A stretch of DNA of 64,000 bases from Auanema rhodensis. Lineage: Eukaryota; Animalia; Nematoda. Shown here in pieces: positions 1 to 10,850 of the stretch (position 1 is its first letter; every line of letters begins with the position of its first letter). Under the pieces are notes generated by a model. The model made no database searches, was not told the origin of the DNA, and worked only from the letters and a program-made list of their open reading frames with translations. Position numbers and translations under genes: made by a program. The DNA lies in the NCBI GenBank assembly GCA_964057225.1, contig OZ059900.1:16740001-16804000 (forward strand), written 5' to 3'.

Positions 1-2900
1 TTTTGACTTACGATTTCATGTGTTCAAACTCATGCAACGTCAATGAAACCTAGCTCAAAATTGTTCGTACAACGTCTAGTTCAACTTTCACGACAAAAAA
101 ACAGGGGTTAGAAAATTAAGGAAATTAGCATATTCTGAGGGCACGCCCCTTATGGCTAATATTGATTAAATCGATTTTTGTTCATATGAGTCGTCAAATG
201 CAACGAATTTCAGCGTGTTACATACTAAAATGAAGCATTTTACATGCTGAACACTAGAAAAATACAAAAACACAGTATTTCCCATGAGAAATATTTTATC
301 ATGCTGGAAAACCAGTTTTTGGAAATTTCGCTGTAAACAAGGTTTTGACTTACGATTTCATGTGTTCAAACTCATGCAATGTCAATGAAACCTAGCTCAA
401 AATTGTTTGTACAACGTCTAGTTCCACTTTCACGACAAAAAAACAGGGGTTAGAAAATTAAGGAAATTAGCATATTCTGAGGGCACGCCCCTTATGGCCA
501 ATATTGATTAAATCGATTTTTGTTCATATGAGTCGTCAAATGCAACGAATTTCAGCGTGTTACACATTAAAATGAAGCATTTTACATGCTGAACACTAGA
601 AAAATACAAAAACACAGTATTTCCCATGAGAAATATTTTATCATGCTGGAAAACCAGTTTTTGGAAATTTCGCTGTAAACAAGGTTTTGACTTACGATTT
701 CATGTGTTCAAACTCATGCAATGTCAATGAAACCTAGCTCAAAATTGTTTGTACAACGTCTAGTTCCACTTTCACGACAAAAAAACAGGGGTTAGAAAAT
801 TAAGGAAATTAGCATATTCTGAGGGCACGCCCCTTATGGCTAATATTGATTAAATCGATTTTTGTTCATATGAGTCGTCAAATGCAACGAATTTCAGCGT
901 GTTACAAACTAAAATGAAGCATTTTACATGCTGAACACTAGAAAAATACAAAAACACAGTGTTTCCCATGAGAAATATTTTATTATGCTGGAAAACCAGT
1001 TTTTGGAAATTTCGCTGTAAACAAGGTTTTGACTTACGATTTCATGTGTTCAAACTCATGCAACGTCAATGAAACCTAGCTCAAAATTGTTCGTACAACG
1101 TCTATTTCCACTTTCACGACAAAAAAACAGGGGTTAGAAAATTAAGGAAATTAGCATATTCTGAGGGCACGCCCCTTATGGCTAATATTGATTAAATCGA
1201 TTTTTGTTCATATGAGTCGTCAAATGCAACGAATTTCAGCGTGTTACACACTAAAATGAAGCATTTTACATTCTGAACACTAGAAAAATACAAAAACACA
1301 GTATTTCCCATGAGAAATATTTTATCATGCTGGAAAACCAGTTTTTGGAAATTTCGCTGTAAACAAGGTTTTGACTTACGATTTCATGTGTTCAAACTCA
1401 TGCAATGTCAATGAAACCTAGCTCAAAATTGTTTGTACAACGTCTAGTTCCACTTTCACGACAAAAAAACAGGGGTTAGAAAATTAAGGAAATTAGCATA
1501 TTCTGAGGGCACGCCCCTTATGGCTAATATTGATTAAATCGATTTTTGTTCATATGAGTCGTCAAATGCAACGAATTTCAGCGTGTTACAAACTAAAATG
1601 AAGCATTTTACATGCTGAACACTAGAAAAATACAAAAACACAGTGTTTCCCATGAGAAATATTTTATTATGCTGGAAAACCAGTTTTTGGAAATTTCGCT
1701 GTAAACAAGGTTTTGACTTACGATTTCATGTGTTCAAACTCATGCAACGTCAATGAAACCTAGCTCAAAATTGTTCGTACAACGTCTAGTTCAACTTTCA
1801 CGACAAAAAAACAGGGGTTACAAAATTAAGGAAATTAGCATATTCTGAGGGCACGCCCCTTATGGCTAATATTGATTAAATCGATTTTTGTTCATATGAG
1901 TCGTCAAATGCAACGAATTTCAGCGTGTTACATACTAAAATGAAGCATTTTACATGCTGAACACTAGAAAAATACAAAAACACAGTATTTCCCATGAGAA
2001 ATATTTTATCATGCTGGAAAACCAGTTTTTGGAAATTTCGCTGTAAACAAGGTTTTGACTTACGATTTCATGTGTTCAAACTCATGCAATGTCAATGAAA
2101 CCTAGCTCAAAATTGTTTGTACAACGTCTAGTTCCACTTTCACGACAAAAAAACAGGGGTTAGAAAATTAAGGAAATTAGCATATTCTGAGGGCACGCCC
2201 CTTATGGCCAATATTGATTAAATCGATTTTTGTTCATATGAGTCGTCAAATGCAACGAATTTCAGCGTGTTACACATTAAAATGAAGCATTTTACATGCT
2301 GAACACTAGAAAAATACAAAAACACAGTATTTCCCATGAGAAATATTTTATCATGCTGGAAAACCAGTTTTTGGAAATTTCGCTGTAAACAAGGTTTTGA
2401 CTTACGATTTCATGTGTTCAAACTCATGCAATGTCAATGAAACCTAGCTCAAAATTGTTTGTACAACGTCTAGTTCCACTTTCACGACAAAAAAACAGGG
2501 GTTAGAAAATTAAGGAAATTAGCATATTCTGAGGGCACGCCCCTTATGGCTAATATTGATTAAATCGATTTTTGTTCATATGAGTCGTCAAATGCAACGA
2601 ATTTCAGCGTGTTACAAACTAAAATGAAGCATTTTACATGCTGAACACTAGAAAAATACAAAAACACAGTGTTTCCCATGAGAAATATTTTATTATGCTG
2701 GAAAACCAGTTTTTGGAAATTTCGCTGTAAACAAGGTTTTGACTTACGATTTCATGTGTTCAAACTCATGCAACGTCAATGAAACCTAGCTCAAAATTGT
2801 TCGTACAACGTCTATTTCCACTTTCACGACAAAAAAACAGGGGTTAGAAAATTAAGGAAATTAGCATATTCTGAGGGCACGCCCCTTATGGCTAATATTG
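1..2900 (+). repeat. Local 5-monomer higher-order repeat (1710 bp)
   Basis: Rare variants recur 1710 bp apart: tcaact 83/1793, ggcca 499/2209, tctattt 1105/2815. Confidence 0.88.
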
Positions 2901-5900
2901 ATTAAATCGATTTTTGTTCATATGAGTCGTCAAATGCAACGAATTTCAGCGTGTTACACACTAAAATGAAGCATTTCACATGCTGAACACTAGAAAAATA
3001 CAAAAACACAGTATTTCCCATGAGAAATATTTTATTATGCTGGAAAACCAGTTTTTGGAAATTTCGCTGTAAACAAGGTTTTGACTTACGATTTCATGTG
3101 TTCAAACTCATGCAATGTCAATGAAACCTAGCTCAAAATTGTTCGTACAACGTCTAGTTCCACTTTCACGACAAAAAAACAGGGGTTAGAAAATTAAGGA
3201 AATTAGCATATTCTGAGGGCACGCCCCTTATGGCTAATATTGATTAAATCGATTTTTGTTCATATGAGTCGTCAAATGCAACGAATTTCAGCGTGTTACA
3301 AACTAAAATGAAGCATTTTACATGCTGAACACTAGAAAAATACAAAAACACAGTGTTTCCCATGAGAAATATTTTATTATGCTGGAAAACCAGTTTTTGG
3401 AAATTTCGCTGTAAACAAGGTTTTGACTTACGATTTCATGTGTTCAAACTCATGCAATGTCAATGAAACCTAGCTCAAAATTGTTCGTACAACGTCTAGT
3501 TCCACTTTCACGACAAAAAAACAGGGGTTAGAAAATTAAGGAAATTAGCATATTCTGAGGGCACGCCCCTTATGGCTAATATTGATTAAATCGATTTTTG
3601 TTCATATGAGTCGTCAAATGCAACGAATTTCAGCGTGTTACATACTAAAATGAAGCATTTTACATGCTGAACACTAGAAAAATACAAAAACACAGTATTC
3701 CCCATGAGAAATATTTTATTATGCTGGAAAACCAGTTTTTGGAAATTTCGCTGTAAACAAGGTTTTGACTTACGATTTCATGTGTTCAAACTCATGCAAT
3801 GTCAATGAAACCTAGCTCAAAATTGTTCGTACAACGTCTAGTTCCACTTTCACGACAAAAAAACAGGGGTTAGAAAATTAAGGAAATTAGCATATTCTGA
3901 GGGCACGCCCCTTATGGCTAATATTGATTAAATCGATTTTTGTTCATATGAGTCGTCAAATGCAACGAATTTCAGCGTGTTACATACTAAAATGAAGCAT
4001 TTTACATGCTGAACACTAGATAAATACAAAAACACAGTATTTCCCATGAGAAATATTTTATTATGCTGGAAAACCAGTTTTTGGAAATTTCGCTGTAAAC
4101 AAGGTTTTGACTTACGATTTCATGTGTTCAAACTCATGCAATGTCAATGAAACCTAGCTCAAAATTGTTCGTACAACGTCTAGTTCCACTTTCACGACAA
4201 AAAAACAGGGGTTAGAAAATTAAGGAAATTAGCATATTCTGAGGGCACGCCCCTTATGGCTAATATTGATTAAATCGATTTTTGTTCATATGAGTCGTCA
4301 AATGCAACGAATTTCAGCGTGTTACATACTAAAATGAAGCATTTTACATGCTGAACACTAGAAAAATACAAAAACACTGTATTTCCCATGAGAAATATTT
4401 TATTATGCTGGAAAACCAGTTTTTGGAAATTTCGCTGTAAACAAGGTTTTGACTTACGATTTCATGTGTTCAAACTCATGCAATGTCAATGAAACCTAGC
4501 TCAAAATTGTTCGTACAACGTCTAGTTCCACTTTCACGACAAAAAAACAGGGGTTAGAAAATTAAGGAAATTAGCATATTCTGAGGGCACGCCCCTTATG
4601 GCTAATATTGATTAAATCGATTTTTGTTCATATGAGTCGTCAAATGCAACGAATTTCAGCGTGTTACATACTAAAATGAAGCATTTTACATGCTGAACAC
4701 TAGAAGAATACAAAAACACAGTATTTCCCATGAGAAATATTTTATTATGCTGGAAAACCAGTTTGTGGAAATTTCGCTGTAAACAAGGTTTTGACTTACG
4801 ATTTCATGTGTTCAAACTCATGCAATGTTAATGAATCCTAGCTCAAAATTGTTCGTACAACGTCTAGTTCCACTTTCACGACAAAAAAACAGGGGTTAGA
4901 AAATTAAGGAAATTAGCATATTCTGAGGGCACGCCCCTTATGGCTAATATTGATTAAATCGATTTTTGTTCATATGAGTCGTCAAATGCAACGAATTTCA
5001 GCGTGTTACATACTAAAATGAAGCATTTTACATGCTGAACACTAGAAAAATACAAAAACACAGTATTTCCCATGAGAAATATTTTATCATGCTGGAAAAC
5101 CAGTTTTTGGAAATTTCGCTGTAAACAAGGTTTTGACTTACGATTTCATGTGTTCAAACTCATGCAATGTCAATGAAACCTAGCTCAAAATTGTTTGTAC
5201 AACGTCTAGTTCCACTTTCACGACAAAAAAACAAGGGTTAGAAAATTAAGGAAATTAGCATATTCTGAGGGCACGCCCCTTATGGCTAATATTGATTAAA
5301 TCGATTTTTGTTCATATGAGTCGTCAAATGCAACGAATTTCAGCGTGTTACAAACTAAAATGAAGCATTTTACATGCTGAACACTAGAAAAATACAAAAA
5401 CACAGTGTTTCCCATGAGAAATATTTTATTATGCTGGAAAACCAGTTTTTGGAAATTTCGCTGTAAACAAGGTTTTGACTTACGATTTCATGTGTTCAAA
5501 CTCATGCAACGTCAATGAAACCTAGCTCAAAATTGTTCGTACAACGTCTAGTTCCACTTTCACGACAAAAAAACAGGGGTTAGAAAATTAAGGAAATTAG
5601 CATATTCTGAGGGCACGCCCCTTATGGCTAATATTGATTAAATCGATTTTTGTTCATATGAGTCGTCAAATGCAACGAATTTCAGCGTGTTACACACTAA
5701 AATGAAGCATTTCACATGCTGAACACTAGAAAAATACAAAAACACAGTATTTCCCATGAGAAATATTTTATTATGCTGGAAAACCAGTTTTTGGAAATTT
5801 CGCTGTAAACAAGGTTTTGACTTACGATTTCATGTGTTCAAACTCATGCAATGTCAATGAAACCTAGCTCAAAATTGTTCGTACAACGTCTAGTTCCACT

Positions 5901-8088
5901 TTCACGACAAAAAAACAGGGGTTAGAAAATTAAGGAAATTAGCATATTCTGAGGGCACGCCCCTTATGGCTAATATTGATTAAATCGATTTTTGTTCATA
6001 TGAGTCGTCAAATGCAACGAATTTCAGCGTGTTACAAACTAAAATGAAGCATTTTACATGCTGAACACTAGAAAAATACAAAAACACAGTGTTTCCCATG
6101 AGAAATATTTTATTATGCTGGAAAACCAGTTTTTGGAAATTTCGCTGTAAACAAGGTTTTGACTTACGATTTCATGTGTTCAAACTCATGCAATGTCAAT
6201 GAAACCTAGCTCAAAATTGTTCGTACAACGTCTAGTTCCACTTTCACGACAAAAAAACAGGGGTTAGAAAATTAAGGAAATTAGCATATTCTGAGGGCAC
6301 GCCCCTTATGGCTAATATTGATTAAATCGATTTTTGTTCATATGAGTCGTCAAATGCAACGAATTTCAGCGTGTTACATACTAAAATGAAGCATTTTACA
6401 TGCTGAACACTAGAAAAATACAAAAACACAGTATTCCCCATGAGAAATATTTTATTATGCTGGAAAACCAGTTTTTGGAAATTTCGCTGTAAACAAGGTT
6501 TTGACTTACGATTTCATGTGTTCAAACTCATGCAATGTCAATGAAACCTAGCTCAAAATTGTTCGTACAACGTCTAGTTCCACTTTCACGACAAAAAAAC
6601 AGGGGTTAGAAAATTAAGGAAATTAGCATATTCTGAGGGCACGCCCCTTATGGCTAATATTGATTAAATCGATTTTTGTTCATATGAGTCGTCAAATGCA
6701 ACGAATTTCAGCGTGTTACATACTAAAATGAAGCATTTTACATGCTGAACACTAGATAAATACAAAAACACAGTATTTCCCATGAGAAATATTTTATTAT
6801 GCTGGAAAACCAGTTTTTGGAAATTTCGCTGTAAACAAGGTTTTGACTTACGATTTCATGTGTTCAAACTCATGCAATGTCAATGAAACCTAGCTCAAAA
6901 TTGTTCGTACAACGTCTAGTTCCACTTTCACGACAAAAAAACAGGGGTTAGAAAATTAAGGAAATTAGCATATTCTGAGGGCACGCCCCTTATGGCTAAT
7001 ATTGATTAAATCGATTTTTGTTCATATGAGTCGTCAAATGCAACGAATTTCAGCGTGTTACATACTAAAATGAAGCATTTTACATGCTGAACACTAGAAA
7101 AATACAAAAACACTGTATTTCCCATGAGAAATATTTTATTATGCTGGAAAACCAGTTTTTGGAAATTTCGCTGTAAACAAGGTTTTGACTTACGATTTCA
7201 TGTGTTCAAACTCATGCAATGTCAATGAAACCTAGCTCAAAATTGTTCGTACAACGTCTAGTTCCACTTTCACGACAAAAAAACAGGGGTTAGAAAATTA
7301 AGGAAATTAGCATATTCTGAGGGCACGCCCCTTATGGCTAATATTGATTAAATCGATTTTTGTTCATATGAGTCGTCAAATGCAACGAATTTCAGCGTGT
7401 TACATACTAAAATGAAGCATTTTACATGCTGAACACTAGAAGAATACAAAAACACAGTATTTCCCATGAGAAATATTTTATTATGCTGGAAAACCAGTTT
7501 GTGGAAATTTCGCTGTAAACAAGGTTTTGACTTACGATTTCATGTGTTCAAACTCATGCAATGTTAATGAAACCTAGCTCAAAATTGTTCGTACAACGTC
7601 TAGTTCCACTTTCACGACAAAAAAACAGGGGTTAGAAAATTAAGGAAATTAGCATATTCTGAGGGCACGCCCCTTATGGCTAATATTGATTAAATCGATT
7701 TTTGTTCATATGAGTCGTCAAATGCAACGAATTTCAGCGTGTTACATACTTAAATGAAGCATTTTACATGCTGAACACTAGAAAAATACAAAAACACAGT
7801 ATTTCCCATGAGAAATATTTTATCATGCTGGAAAACCAGTTTTTGGAAATTTCGCTGTAAACAAGGTTTTGACTTACGATTTCATGTGTTCAAACTCATG
7901 CAATGTCAATGAAACCTAGCTCAAAATTGTTTGTACAACGTCTAGTTCCACTTTCACGACAAAAAAACAAGGGTTAGAAAATTAAGGAAATTAGCATATT
8001 CTGAGGGCACGCCCCTTATGGCTAATATTGATTAAATCGATTTTTGTTCATATGAGTCGTCAAATGCAACGAATTTCAGCGTGTTACA
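2816..8088 (+). repeat. Local 8-monomer higher-order repeat (2736 bp, ~2 copies)
   Basis: Rare variants recur 2736 bp apart: tattcccc 3700/6436, agataaat 4021/6757, cactgt 4378/7114, tttgtgg 4765/7501, atgtta 4829/7565. Confidence 0.9.
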
Positions 8089-8089
8089 T

Positions 8090-10850
8090 ACTAAAATGAA
8101 GCATTTTACATGCTGAACACTAGAAAAATACAAAAACACAGTATTTCCCATGAGAAATATTTTATCATGCTGGAAAACCAGTTTTTGGAAATTTCGCTGT
8201 AAACAAGGTTTTGACTTACGATTTCATGTGTTCAAACTCATGCAATGTCAATGAAACCTAGCTCAAAATTGTTTGTACAACGTCTAGTTCCACTTTCACG
8301 ACAAAAAAACAAGGGTTAGATAAATTAAGGAAATTAGCATATTCTGAGGGCACGCCCCTTATGGCTAATATTGATTAAATCGATTTTTGTTCATATGAGT
8401 CGTCAAATGCAACGAATTTCAGCGTGTTACATACTAAAATGAAGCATTTTACATGCTGAACACTAGAAAAATACAAAAACACAGTATTTCCCATGAGAAA
8501 TATTTTATTATGCTGGAAAACCAGTTTTTGGAAATTTCGCTGTAAACAAGGTTTTGACTTACGATTTCATGTGTTCAAACTCATGCAATGTCAATGAAAC
8601 CTAGCTCAAAATTGTTCGTACAACGTCTAGTTCCACTTTCACGACAAAACAACAGGGGTTAGAAAATTAAGGAAATTAGCATATTCTGAGGGCACGCCCC
8701 TTATGGCTAATATTGATTAAATCGATTTTTGTTCATATGAGTCGTCAAATGCAACGAATTTCAGCGTGTTACACACTAAAATGAAACATTTCACATGCTG
8801 AACACTAGCAGAATACAAAAACACAGTATTTCCCATGAGAAATATTTTATTATGCTGGAAAACCAGTTTTTCGAAATTTCGCTGTAAACAAGGTTTTGAC
8901 TTACGATTTCATGTGTTCAAACTCATGCAATGTCAATGAAACCTAGCTCAAAATTGTTCGTACAACGTCTAGTTCCACTTTCACGACAAAAAAACAAGGG
9001 TTAGAAAATTAAGGAAATTAGCATATTCTGAGGGCACGCCCCTTATGGCTAATATTGATTAAATCGATTTTTGTTCATATGAGTCGTCAAATGCAACGAA
9101 TTTCAGCGTGTTACATACTAAAATGAAGCATTTTACATGCTGAAGACTAGAAAAATACAAAAACACAGTATTTCCCATGAGAAATATTTTATTATGCTGG
9201 AAAACCAGTTTTTGGAAATTTCGCTGTAAACAAGGTTTTGACTTACGATTTCATGTGTTCAAACTCATGCAATGTCAATGAAACCTAGCTCAAAATTGTT
9301 CGTACAACGTCTAGTTCCACTTTCACGACAAAAAAACAGGGGTTAGAAAATTAAGGAAATTAGCATATTCTGAGGGCACGCCCCTTATGGCTAATATTGA
9401 TTAAATCGATTTTTGTTCATATGAGTCGTCAAATGCAACGAATTTCAGCGTGTTACATACTAAAATGAAGCATTTTACATGCTGAACACTAGAAAAATAC
9501 AAAAACACAGTATTTCCCATGAGAAATATTTTATCATGCTGGAAAACCAGTTTTTGGAAATTTCGCTGTAAACAAGGTTTTGACTTACGATTTCATGTGT
9601 TCAAACTCATGCAATGTCAATGAAACCTAGCTCAAAATTGTTTGTACAACGTCTAGTTCCACTTTCACGACAAAAAAACAAGGGTTAGATAAATTAAGGA
9701 AATTAGCATATTCTGAGGGCACGCCCCTTATGGCTAATATTGATTAAATCGATTTTTGTTCATATGAGTCGTCAAATGCAACGAATTTCAGCGTGTTACA
9801 TACTAAAATGAAGCATTTTACATGCTGAACACTAGAAAAATACAAAAACACAGTATTTCCCATGAGAAATATTTTATTATGCTGGAAAACCAGTTTTTGG
9901 AAATTTCGCTGTAAACAAGGTTTTGACTTACGATTTCATGTGTTCAAACTCATGCAATGTCAATGAAACCTAGCTCAAAATTGTTCGTACAACGTCTAGT
10001 TCCACTTTCACGACAAAAAAACAGGGGTTAGAAAATTAAGGAAATTAGCATATTCTGAGGGCACGCCCCTTATGGCTAATATTGATTAAATCGATTTTTG
10101 TTCATATGAGTCGTCAAATGCAACGAATTTCAGCGTGTTACACACTAAAATGAAACATTTCACATGCTGAACACTAGAAGAATACAAAAACACAGTATTT
10201 CCCATGAGAAATATTTTATTATGCTGGAAAACCAGTTTTTCGAAATTTCGCTGTAAACAAGGTTTTGACTTACGATTTCATGTGTTCAAACTCATGCAAT
10301 GTCAATGAAACCTAGCTCAAAATTGTTCGTACAACGTCTAGTTCCACTTTCACGACAAAAAAACAAGGGTTAGAAAATTAAGGAAATTAGCATATTCTGA
10401 GGGCACGCCCCTTATGGCTAATATTGATTAAATCGATTTTTGTTCATATGAGTCGTCAAATGCAACGAATTTCAGCGTGTTACATACTAAAATGAAGCAT
10501 TTTACATGCTGAAGACTAGAAAAATACAAAAACACAGTATTTCCCATGAGAAATATTTTATTATGCTGGAAAACCAGTTTTTGGAAATTTCGCTGTAAAC
10601 AAGGTTTTGACTTACGATTTCATGTGTTCAAACTCATGCAATGTCAATGAAACCTAGCTCAAAATTGTTCGTACAACGTCTAGTTCCACTTTCACGACAA
10701 AAAAACAGGGGTTAGAAAATTAAGGAAATTAGCATATTCTGAGGGCACGCCCCTTATGGCTAATATTGATTAAATCGATTTTTGTTCATATGAGTCGTCA
10801 AATGCAACGAATTTCAGCGTGTTACATACTAAAATGAAGCATTTTACATG
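8090..10850 (+). repeat. Local 4-monomer higher-order repeat (1369 bp, includes a 343-bp monomer)
   Basis: T insertion ttagaTaaatt at 8321/9690, atgaaacat 8786/10155 and gaagac 9145/10514 are all 1369 bp (4x342+1) apart. Boundaries are approximate. Confidence 0.88.

Noticed and set aside
103-111. Telomere-like gggttag / ctaaccc
   Set aside because: There is a single short occurrence per monomer, not in tandem, which is compatible with chance.
1-342. Assignment to primate alpha-satellite dimer or to ~340-360-bp beetle satellites
   Set aside because: Only the length is similar. I see no alpha-satellite motifs and cannot verify any family without a database search.
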